Shown: positions 22,217-30,811 of the stretch, in pieces | Position numbering within the stretch: the first letter of the stretch is position 1 | Layout of the letters: the number at the start of each line of letters is the position of its first letter | NCBI GenBank assembly: GCA_045537285.1 | Contig: JAZSPC010000046.1 | Location: 1-32,000, forward strand | Direction of reading: 5' to 3' | Length of the DNA stretch: 32,000 bases | Source: Clostridia bacterium | GTDB lineage: Bacteria > Bacillota > Clostridia > TANB77 > CAG-508 | Position numbers and translations under genes: made by a program | The notes under the pieces: model-generated | The model's input: the letters and a program-made list of their open reading frames with translations, nothing else | What the model was told of the DNA's origin: nothing | Databases searched by the model: none

Positions 22217-23846
22217 TACTAAAAAATACATAGAAGAATATGTAAAGATTAGAGATAAGAATAGCAAGATTATATCTTTAAGATTAAATGAACCTCAACT
22301 AAAATATTACAATACTATAAAAGAGTTAAAGAAACAGAACAAACCAGTAAGAATAATAATATTAAAAGCAAGACAAATGGGATTTAGTACAGCAACAGAA
22401 GGAATATTCTTTAAAGAAACCGTTACTAAGCCAAATGTAAATACAGCAATAGTAGCACATAAAGAAGATTCAACAACAAACTTATTTAATATGAGTAAGC
22501 TAATGTATAATGAGTTGCCTGATGCAATTAAACCAGAAAAGAAAGCAAGTAATGCAAAGGAACTAGTATTTAATAACAAAGATGGCACAGGATTAAATAG
22601 TAAAATAAAGTGTATGACAGCAGGAGGAGAAGGAGTTGGTAGGTCTGATACAATAAATAACTTACATATATCAGAGTTAGCTTTCTGGCAAGGAGATAAA
22701 AAACAAACACTATTAGGACTATTACAAGCAGTACCTAATAATCCTAATACAATGATTATAATAGAATCTACGGCAAACGGATTTGAATACTATAAGGAAT
22801 TATGGGACAATGCAGTTGCAGGAGCAAATGATTTCATACCTTTATTTATAGGATGGAACGAACTTAGTGAGTATCAAATGCCATATACTGGCTTTGATTT
22901 AACAAAAGAAGAAAAAGAACTACAAAGATTATATGGTATAACACTAGAACAATTAACTTGGAGAAGATGGTGTATAGCTAATAACTGTGGTGGAGATGAA
23001 GAACAATTTAAACAAGAATATCCAATAAATCCAGAAGAAGCATTTATCAGTACAGGTAAATGCTATTTTGGTAAGCAAAATATAATAGAAAGAATACAAG
23101 AAGTAAAAGAAGTTAAACCTGAAATGCAGGGATATTTTGAATATGACTATAATGGAATATCAATAAAAAATATTAAATGGATAGAAGATAAAGAAGGACC
23201 TATTAAGATATATGAAAAAGTAAAAAAAAGATATCCATACGTATTATCAGGAGATACTGCTGGGGAAGGCTCAGATAACTTTACAGGACATGTTTTAGAC
23301 AACACAACAGGAAAACAAGTAGCAGTATTAAAACAAGAATTTGACGAAATAAGCTATACAAGACAAATGTATTGTTTGGGAATGTATTACAACAAAGCAT
23401 TAATTGGTATTGAATCTAACTATTCTACTTATCCAATACAAGAACTAGAAAGACTAGAATATCCTAAATTATACATAAGAGAAAAAGAAGATACATACAC
23501 AGGAAAGCATAACAAATCTTATGGATTTAAAACTACATCAATAAGTAGACCAAGAATATTAGGACAGTTGCAGACAATATTTAAAGAAAACATAGAGCTT
23601 ATAGTAGATACAGATACATTAAAAGAAGGTTTAACATTTATAAAGAATGAAAAAGGAAGGCCAGAAGCACAAGTAGGATATCACGATGACTTAATTATGG
23701 CATTAGCAATAGCATATGACATAAGAACACAGCAAGATATGAAAGCAAAATCAGAGCGAAAAGAAAAAATAGATAAGATGTACAGTGACTTTGGCATACA
23801 AGAAGATATCAAAGAAGATTTTGGAAGTACAATAGAAGTAATTTAA
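22200..23846 (+). CDS. terL: Terminase large subunit
   Basis: Walker A-like ILKARQMGFST. Walker B-like region NLHISELAFW. C-terminal RNaseH-like nuclease part (VLSGDTAGEGSDNF ... GYHDDLIMALAIAY). Confidence 0.92.
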   Translation: MQKSINTKKYIEEYVKIRDKNSKIISLRLNEPQLKYYNTIKELKKQNKPVRIIILKARQMGFSTATEGIFFKETVTKPNVNTAIVAHKEDSTTNLFNMSKLMYNELPDAIKPEKKASNAKELVFNNKDGTGLNSKIKCMTAGGEGVGRSDTINNLHISELAFWQGDKKQTLLGLLQAVPNNPNTMIIIESTANGFEYYKELWDNAVAGANDFIPLFIGWNELSEYQMPYTGFDLTKEEKELQRLYGITLEQLTWRRWCIANNCGGDEEQFKQEYPINPEEAFISTGKCYFGKQNIIERIQEVKEVKPEMQGYFEYDYNGISIKNIKWIEDKEGPIKIYEKVKKRYPYVLSGDTAGEGSDNFTGHVLDNTTGKQVAVLKQEFDEISYTRQMYCLGMYYNKALIGIESNYSTYPIQELERLEYPKLYIREKEDTYTGKHNKSYGFKTTSISRPRILGQLQTIFKENIELIVDTDTLKEGLTFIKNEKGRPEAQVGYHDDLIMALAIAYDIRTQQDMKAKSERKEKIDKMYSDFGIQEDIKEDFGSTIEVI

Positions 23847-23859
23847 AAGGAGAAAGAAT

Positions 23860-24090
23860 ATGGAAGTATTATATTCGATTTTAGTAGCCCTTGCTTTAAG
23901 TATAGGGTTTTATTTTGGTTTTAAATTAGGAAGATATAACGAGTTTCCTAAGCTAAAATCTATTAAAACAATAAAGAAAGAAAAAGAAAAGGAAAAAGAA
24001 GACGAAGAAAATCTAAACCGATTTATACAATCTATAAATAATCTGAATGGATATGATGGAAGCTCAAAAGGACAGGAGGAAATTAAATAG
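23860..24090 (+). CDS. Hypothetical small membrane-anchored protein
   Basis: N-terminal TM segment LYSILVALALSIGFYFGF and a K/E-rich tail. Confidence 0.5.
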   Translation: MEVLYSILVALALSIGFYFGFKLGRYNEFPKLKSIKTIKKEKEKEKEDEENLNRFIQSINNLNGYDGSSKGQEEIK

Positions 24091-25803
24091 ATGAACGAAG
24101 AAGAATTAGATAACGTATTAACAGAAGAATGGAAATTATACGAAAAAGGTAAGAACTATAATACAATGATGAGATTGTACCAAGACACAGAAGATAATTA
24201 TAATTTCTATCATGGCAATCAATGGAATGGTGCGAGATTAGGAAGCATACAACCTATTACACAAAACGTAATAAAACCAATAGTAAAGTTCAAAGTAGGG
24301 GTATTAAATAGTCATTCTTATCAAATAGTGTTTACTCCTAATGCTTATGAAATATATTCAGAAGAGCAAAAAATAGAAGACACTTGTAAGGTATTAAACA
24401 GATATAGTAATAAGATGTGGGAAATAGAACAAGTAAATACTAAGGTTAGAGAAGTATTAAAAGATGCCTGTATTAACTCAGAAGGTATTGTACACGTATA
24501 TGAAGAAAATGAACAAATTAAAACAGAAGTAATAGACAAGACAAATATTTACTATGGAAATGAAAACGATAGTGACATACAATCACAACCATACATATTA
24601 ATAAGTTATAGAAGAACAGTAGACAGTGTAAAAGAAGAAGCAAGAAGAAATGGTATTTCAGAAGAAGAAATAAGTAAAATAACATCTGATTCTGATTATG
24701 AAGAACAATCTGGAAGAGATAAAAGAATAGAAGAAATATCTCCAATGTGCTTAGTTCTTTTAAAATACTACAAAAAAGACGGAACAATATGGATAAAGAA
24801 AAGTACAAAGAATGCAGTTGTTAAAGAAGAAGCGGACACACAATTAAAATTATATCCAGTAGCTCATATGGTATGGGAAGATGTAAAGGGATATGCAAGA
24901 GGAGAAGGAGAGGTTAAGTACATAAGACCGAACCAAATAGAAATAAATAAAAATGCTACAAGAAGAGCAATAGCTGTTCAAATGAGTGCTTTCCCTAAAT
25001 TAGTAGTAAATATGAAATATATAACTAATCCAAATAGTTTGGATAAAGTAGGAGCTACTATTAAATTAGAAGATATGGCAGCAGAAGATGTAAATAAAGT
25101 AGTAAGTTATTTAAAACCAGCTGCAATGTCAAATGATGCACTAAATTTACAACAAGAACTAATGAATAACACACGAGAATTGGCAGGAGCAGGAGATAAC
25201 TTAAATGGTAATGTAGACCCTACACAAGCATCAGGAAAGGCAATACTAGCAGTACAACAAGCAGGAAGAGAGCCATTAAACGACCAAATAGAAAAATTTA
25301 AAACATTTATAGAAGATTTAGCAAGAATATGGTTCGATATGTTACAAACATATTCAACACATGGAATTGTAGTTACAAGAGAAGAAGAAGATGTAAAGAC
25401 AGGAGAAGTAGTTGAAGTTCCAGCAACAATGTCACATGAAGAATTGCAAAACATGAAGTTAAACATAAAAATAGAGATTACTAGACATTCAGCGTATGAC
25501 GAATATGCGTTAGAACAAAGTTTAGAGAATTTAATGTTGCAACAATTTATAACATTTGAAGAATATGTGGAAGCACTTCCAGAAAACAGTGTAATGCCAA
25601 AACATAAACTACAAAATACATTAAAGAAAAGACAAGAAAGACAAGCTAAGATAGACCAAATGCAAATACAAGCACAAAAAATGCAATCTGCATTAGAACA
25701 ACAAATGAAACAACAAGAAGATGTAGATATGGCAATAGCTGATATAGAAAATCAAGCAAATGCTGAACAAGAACAAGTATTATCACAGATAGGAGTGATG
25801 TAA
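24091..25803 (+). CDS. Portal protein
   Basis: 570 aa immediately after terL. Q/E-rich coiled C-terminus. Size and position fit a portal; family not resolved by eye. Confidence 0.78.
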   Translation: MNEEELDNVLTEEWKLYEKGKNYNTMMRLYQDTEDNYNFYHGNQWNGARLGSIQPITQNVIKPIVKFKVGVLNSHSYQIVFTPNAYEIYSEEQKIEDTCKVLNRYSNKMWEIEQVNTKVREVLKDACINSEGIVHVYEENEQIKTEVIDKTNIYYGNENDSDIQSQPYILISYRRTVDSVKEEARRNGISEEEISKITSDSDYEEQSGRDKRIEEISPMCLVLLKYYKKDGTIWIKKSTKNAVVKEEADTQLKLYPVAHMVWEDVKGYARGEGEVKYIRPNQIEINKNATRRAIAVQMSAFPKLVVNMKYITNPNSLDKVGATIKLEDMAAEDVNKVVSYLKPAAMSNDALNLQQELMNNTRELAGAGDNLNGNVDPTQASGKAILAVQQAGREPLNDQIEKFKTFIEDLARIWFDMLQTYSTHGIVVTREEEDVKTGEVVEVPATMSHEELQNMKLNIKIEITRHSAYDEYALEQSLENLMLQQFITFEEYVEALPENSVMPKHKLQNTLKKRQERQAKIDQMQIQAQKMQSALEQQMKQQEDVDMAIADIENQANAEQEQVLSQIGVM

Positions 25804-25935
25804 ATGAATTGCCCTAAATGTCAGTTAATAGAAATGCGAGTAAATAAAGTAGAACAAGAAAAGATTTATTATGAATGCAAGAGTTGTGGAGAACAAAAGA
25901 TTATAGATGCAGCAGAACTTGAAGAAAAAGAATAG
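25804..25935 (+). CDS. Small zinc-ribbon protein (43 aa)
   Basis: Starts right after the portal stop. CPKC...CKSC motif. Confidence 0.45.
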   Translation: MNCPKCQLIEMRVNKVEQEKIYYECKSCGEQKIIDAAELEEKE

Positions 25936-25946
25936 TTATTAATGTT

Positions 25947-25970
25947 AAGAGCTTTAAAAGGCTCTTTTTT
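25947..25970 (+). terminator. Intrinsic terminator
   Basis: Stem AAGAGC / GCTCTT with a short loop, followed by TTTTAT. Confidence 0.55.
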
Positions 25971-26048
25971 ATATGTCCAAAACATGTGTAAGACAATAAA
26001 AGGCTATCAAGGAATTAACAGTCGACGGACTAAAAACGGGAGGTTTAT

Positions 26049-26909
26049 ATGTTAAACGAAGAAGACAACGAATTAGTTGTAAATGATGATGTACCTGAAA
26101 CATCACAAGAAGAACAAATCGAAACAGATGCTAGCAATGAAGTAGAGGAAGTTCAAGAGACTACCAAAGAAGTAGTACAACCTAGTGCAGAAGATATTGA
26201 AAAACAAATTGAGGAAAGAGCTAATAAGATTGTTGAAGAAAAAATGGAAGCAAGATTAATTAGAGACAGAATCAATAGAGAGCGAGAAGAAGCTAAATCA
26301 AAAGCTAAATATGAAGAGCTAGAAACGATAATGAAAGCAGCACTAGGAGCAAAAGATATTGACGATGTAATTACAAAGTCAAAAGAGTTCTATAAAGAAC
26401 AAGGTATACAAATACCAGAAATAATAAGTAAATCGTCTTATAACGAAAGGGAAGAGATGATTTTAGCAAAAGCAGATGCAGAACAAATCATAGGTCTAGG
26501 TAAAAAAGAAATGGAAGAAGAAGCAAGTAGAATTGCATCTATTCCAAAAAATGAAAGAAGTGTTAGAGATAATACGATTTTTAAAGAAGTTTGCACAAAA
26601 CTTATGATTATGAAAGACGAAGAAAGTCTAAAAAGTAAAGGTTACGATATGAAAATCCTTGAAGATAAGGATTTTTCTTCATTTAGAAGCCAATTCAATA
26701 TAGATACACCAGTATCTAAAATATATGAAATGTATTCTAAATTAAATCCAAAAACTGTTGAAAAACCTGCATCAGCTGGAAGCGCAAAAAGTGAAAACAA
26801 CACTTCGGGAGAAACATTCTCAGCCGAGAGAATTAATAATATGAAACCCGAAGAAATGTTGAAATATTGGAACAATCCTGCATTTAGAAAAATAGCGGGA
26901 TTAAATTAA
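26049..26909 (+). CDS. Scaffolding protein
   Basis: 286 aa, very acidic and helical (EEVQETTKE, EEKMEARLIRDR...). Lies between the portal and capsid genes. Confidence 0.68.
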   Translation: MLNEEDNELVVNDDVPETSQEEQIETDASNEVEEVQETTKEVVQPSAEDIEKQIEERANKIVEEKMEARLIRDRINREREEAKSKAKYEELETIMKAALGAKDIDDVITKSKEFYKEQGIQIPEIISKSSYNEREEMILAKADAEQIIGLGKKEMEEEASRIASIPKNERSVRDNTIFKEVCTKLMIMKDEESLKSKGYDMKILEDKDFSSFRSQFNIDTPVSKIYEMYSKLNPKTVEKPASAGSAKSENNTSGETFSAERINNMKPEEMLKYWNNPAFRKIAGLN

Positions 26910-26927
26910 TTTTAGGAGGAATTTAAA

Positions 26928-27752
26928 ATGGCTGTAACAGTAAGTATTGATAAATTAATATCAACAAAAGTATTAAAAGAATTAGAAAATAATTTAATAG
27001 CAAAAAGAATCTGTACATTAAACACAGGTTCGCAAATCACAAAGAAAGGTGACCAAGTAACATTCGTAGGTTTAGCTGACCCAACTGTACAAGATTACAA
27101 AGGTACAATAAACTATGAAGAATTAGAAGATCAAGGTATCACAATGAAAATAGAACAAACAAAATATGTTGCGTTCAAAATTGATGATATAGATGCTTTC
27201 AGAAGTTCTATTGATATAAAAGGGACACAAGTAGAAAGAAGTGGATACAAACTTAAAGATGAAGCTGATAAATATGTATTAGCGCTAGCAGAAGATGAAG
27301 CTATTACAAATAGAGTAGATGGAACAGGTATATCAGAAGATAATGCTCTTCAATTACTTGCAAAAGTAAGAAGAAAATTAGATGAAGCTAATGTACCACA
27401 TGGACAAGCTTTCTTAGTAATAGACCCAATGGTTAAAGAAAAATTAGAATTAGCAGGTATCAAATTTGGTATCAACGAAGGAATGAAAGGATTTGAAGGA
27501 GGTCTTGAATGGGCTGATTATTTAGGAATGAAATTATTCGTTTCTAACAACGTTAAAGTAAATGAAGGTGGAAAACATTTATGCTTAGCAGGTTCATATA
27601 ATGCAATAGTATATGCAGACCAAATAGTTAAATCAAGATTCATAGCTGATGCTGAAAATGCTTTTGAAGGATTATATAGTTCTTTACACGTATATGATGC
27701 AAAAGTAATCAAACCAGCAGAAGTTGTTGTATTAGAAGCAACAGAAGCTTAA
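26928..27752 (+). CDS. Major capsid protein
   Basis: 274 aa following the scaffold. Strong RBS AGGAGG. Followed by the strongest terminator in the window. The N-terminal pattern resembles P22-coat-like/HK97-fold families (assignment by memory only). Confidence 0.72.
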   Translation: MAVTVSIDKLISTKVLKELENNLIAKRICTLNTGSQITKKGDQVTFVGLADPTVQDYKGTINYEELEDQGITMKIEQTKYVAFKIDDIDAFRSSIDIKGTQVERSGYKLKDEADKYVLALAEDEAITNRVDGTGISEDNALQLLAKVRRKLDEANVPHGQAFLVIDPMVKEKLELAGIKFGINEGMKGFEGGLEWADYLGMKLFVSNNVKVNEGGKHLCLAGSYNAIVYADQIVKSRFIADAENAFEGLYSSLHVYDAKVIKPAEVVVLEATEA

Positions 27753-27756
27753 TTAT

Positions 27757-27785
27757 AGAGGAGATTTATTCTCCTCTTTTTATCA
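27757..27785 (+). terminator. Strong intrinsic terminator after the capsid gene
   Basis: Perfect 8-bp stem AGAGGAGA / TCTCCTCT, loop TTTAT, then TTTTTAT. Confidence 0.8.
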
Positions 27786-27841
27786 CTTATAAGAGTAATA
27801 ATCAGGTGCAACTCCTGAATGAGTGGAAAGGAGAAAGTAAA

Positions 27842-27988
27842 ATGAGTTTGATGAAGAACTTGAAAAGAAGAGAAGTTGAAATATTTGGTGCTAAAAGAGT
27901 TGTAAGAAATGACACAAAGAAAGAAGAAGTAGTAGAGCCAACTCCAAAGAAAACAACAAAAAGAAAGAAAAAAACGGAGGTAGAATAA
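27842..27988 (+). CDS. Small Lys-rich protein (48 aa)
   Basis: The ATG at 27842 follows AAGGAGAAAG. Tail PTPKKTTKRKKKTEVE. Confidence 0.5.
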   Translation: MSLMKNLKRREVEIFGAKRVVRNDTKKEEVVEPTPKKTTKRKKKTEVE

Positions 27989-27989
27989 T

Positions 27990-28559
27990 ATGACCTTAGG
28001 AGATAATAAAAAAATAATGCTAGGGCTAATAGAAGAATTTAGCCCTAATAATCAATATTTAACAGATGATGAGGACATAAGAGCGAGACTAAATCTAGTA
28101 TATTCTCCAAACTATCAATTTTTATCAGAGAAGAAACCAATTATAAAAACAAAAACTATTACTATTAACAATACTGATGATGGAACAACAGAGAGTACAT
28201 TACCAATGGATTTAAGACAGTTGGTAAGAGTAGTAGGTTTAGATTCTAACAATAGAAAGATATCCCCAGAATATGACATTATAGGTAAAAAGATATATAT
28301 ACGAAACAATAAAGGAACATATATATTAGAATATTATGCTTATCCAACAGAGATAACATTACAAACAAACGATAATTTTTATTTAGAGATAGATAAAGAT
28401 GTACAAGCGCTGTTACCATATCTAGTAGCAAATGATATTCTTAAAGTTGACCCTAGTGCAAACTATACAGCTTTTTATAATGAATATCAAAGTAGAGTAC
28501 AAGGATTAGATACAAGAACAATATTACCTTCTGCAAGAGTAGATGGAGGAATATTATAG
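27990..28559 (+). CDS. Virion-associated protein (head-tail adaptor/connector candidate)
   Basis: 189-aa ORF between the capsid and tail genes. Function inferred from position only. Confidence 0.55.
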   Translation: MTLGDNKKIMLGLIEEFSPNNQYLTDDEDIRARLNLVYSPNYQFLSEKKPIIKTKTITINNTDDGTTESTLPMDLRQLVRVVGLDSNNRKISPEYDIIGKKIYIRNNKGTYILEYYAYPTEITLQTNDNFYLEIDKDVQALLPYLVANDILKVDPSANYTAFYNEYQSRVQGLDTRTILPSARVDGGIL

Positions 28560-28569
28560 GAGGTTTATT

Positions 28570-30348
28570 ATGGCTACACCAGTTAAAAGGCAATATTCAA
28601 ACCTAGCAGGAGTAGATTTTAAGAATGAAGAAAGTTTAGTTGATTTAAATAGAAGCCCAGACGCATTAAATGTTTATATAGATTATGAGAATGAAGGTAA
28701 CTGTATAAGAACAAGACCAGGATATAAAGAATTAGGACAATTTGGTGAAAAGATTAACGGAATGTACATATATAACACAACAACTATGTTAGTGCATTCA
28801 GGAACCAAGCTATATTTATGGGATAACTTTCCAAGTGTTCCAGAAGGTCCAAAAGTATTATTTGAAAGTATGAACGATGAAGAATCATGCTTTTTTATTT
28901 TTGAAGATAAATTATATATAAATGATGGTTTAAACTACCTAGTATATGACGGAACATTAAAGAACGTATCAGACGTAGCATTTATACCAACTACCACAAT
29001 AGGAAGAAGTCCTAGCGGTGGTGGAACAATGTACCAAGATGTTAATTTGCTTCAAGTAAAAAGAATAAATACTTTTGTAGCAGATGGAACAAGCAAAGAT
29101 TATTATTTAGATGCAACAGAAATAGACTCAATAGATGAAGTATATATAAATAATGTAATAACAACGGATTATACAGTTACAAAATCATTAGGAAGAGTAA
29201 CGTTTAATGCAGCACCTGCCAAATCAGCATTAGGAACAGATAATGTGAAAATAGTATTTAGTAAAACAGTAGCGGGATATGTTGATAGAATACCAAAGTG
29301 TAAGATATCACAAGTATTTGATAATAGGGTGTTCTTTACAGGAAATTTATCATATAAGAATACTTTATTCCACAGTGAATTGAATAATCCAGCATACATA
29401 TCAGACCTAAGCTATTATCAAGATGGAACATCAGAAGCAGCAATAAAGGATATTGCAGTAGGTAATAATATCTTATGGGTATTTAAAGAGCCTAATCAAG
29501 AAAATGCAACAGTCTTTTATCATGTACCATCTACTAGCCAAGAATATGGAAGAATATATACAAGCAAGCAAGGTAACGTATCTGTTGGTTGTTACGCTAG
29601 TGCTATTAACTTTAATGATGATAAAGTATTTTTAAGTAAATATGGCCTAGAAGGAATAACAGGGGATATATTAGAAGAACAATTATTATCACACAGAAGT
29701 ACATTAGTAGACAACAAATTAGTTAATGCAAATAATCTTAATAAAGCTAAAATGTATGAATGGAAAGGATATTTATTAGTTCTAGTTGATAAATACATAT
29801 TTTTAGCGGATTCTAGACAAAAATTTCAAGGAATTAATGGACTAGAATATGAGTGGTACTTATGGGATATAGGAAAGAGTAATCCAAACATACTAAAAGA
29901 ATATAATGGAGAATTATATATAGGTTCAGTAAATGGAACGATATATTTGCTTGGTGGAACTAATGATAATGGAGAAGCAATTAATTCATACTGGACCACA
30001 CCAATGGATGCCTTTGGATATTCTAATATGCTAAAAACCACAAACAAAAGAGGTGGATTAGCTAGAATTAAGACTATTCCAAATGGAAAGATTAAGATAT
30101 CAGAAAGAACAGATAAAACAGAAGAAAAGTTTATAACAAGTAAATCATCAACGGGATTTGACTATACAAATATAGATTATAGCAACTTTGCATACACAAC
30201 AAAAACAGATAGCTATATTGTATATAAGATAAAAGAAAAGAAATTTTTAAATATATCATTAAAATTTTATAGTGACGAATTAGATAAGCCTTTTGGATTG
30301 TATAGTGCAATCTTAGAGGCTTTTATTGGTGGTTACGCAAAGAGATAG
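28570..30348 (+). CDS. Large tail/neck structural protein (592 aa)
   Basis: The ATG at 28570 lies 6 nt after AGGAGG. Beta-rich, repeat-like sequence (..LYLWD.., ..KLYINDG.., ..ELYIGSVNGTIYLLGG..) suggests a propeller or beta-sandwich fold. Confidence 0.65.
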   Translation: MATPVKRQYSNLAGVDFKNEESLVDLNRSPDALNVYIDYENEGNCIRTRPGYKELGQFGEKINGMYIYNTTTMLVHSGTKLYLWDNFPSVPEGPKVLFESMNDEESCFFIFEDKLYINDGLNYLVYDGTLKNVSDVAFIPTTTIGRSPSGGGTMYQDVNLLQVKRINTFVADGTSKDYYLDATEIDSIDEVYINNVITTDYTVTKSLGRVTFNAAPAKSALGTDNVKIVFSKTVAGYVDRIPKCKISQVFDNRVFFTGNLSYKNTLFHSELNNPAYISDLSYYQDGTSEAAIKDIAVGNNILWVFKEPNQENATVFYHVPSTSQEYGRIYTSKQGNVSVGCYASAINFNDDKVFLSKYGLEGITGDILEEQLLSHRSTLVDNKLVNANNLNKAKMYEWKGYLLVLVDKYIFLADSRQKFQGINGLEYEWYLWDIGKSNPNILKEYNGELYIGSVNGTIYLLGGTNDNGEAINSYWTTPMDAFGYSNMLKTTNKRGGLARIKTIPNGKIKISERTDKTEEKFITSKSSTGFDYTNIDYSNFAYTTKTDSYIVYKIKEKKFLNISLKFYSDELDKPFGLYSAILEAFIGGYAKR

Positions 30349-30361
30349 GAGGAAATAGAAA

Positions 30362-30796
30362 ATGTCTTTACCAACATTAAATGAAAATTTAAATACACAC
30401 CAAAGTTTACCAAATCAACCAGCATTGGGAGCAGAAGAATTAAAACAAGAATTTGATAAAGCACCTAATTTAATTAAAGAATATTTAAATGGAATATTGT
30501 TACCACAATTAGATACTTTATTAGTTAGCTTGCAAAACAAGGATGTAAGTCTTGAAAATGCATTAAATACTGTAAATGGGATTGTAAGTGAAGCGGTAAC
30601 TAATATAAGCAATATAACAAATAACGTAAATAAAAATACAAACGATATAACTGTTATAAAAGGTAATGTAAACACAAACACAAGTAATATAAACAATATC
30701 AAAAATATATTGGGAACAACTACAAAAATTAGTAGTGGCACAAGTGTTCCTTCAAGTTTAGCAAATGGAGAGATATATTTACAATATTTTAACTAA
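30362..30796 (+). CDS. Tail-fibre-like coiled-coil protein
   Basis: Asn-rich heptad-like tract (TNISNITNNVNKNTNDITVIKGNVNTNTSNINNIKNILG). Confidence 0.6.
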   Translation: MSLPTLNENLNTHQSLPNQPALGAEELKQEFDKAPNLIKEYLNGILLPQLDTLLVSLQNKDVSLENALNTVNGIVSEAVTNISNITNNVNKNTNDITVIKGNVNTNTSNINNIKNILGTTTKISSGTSVPSSLANGEIYLQYFN

Positions 30797-30811
30797 TAGG
30801 AGGAAATAGTT

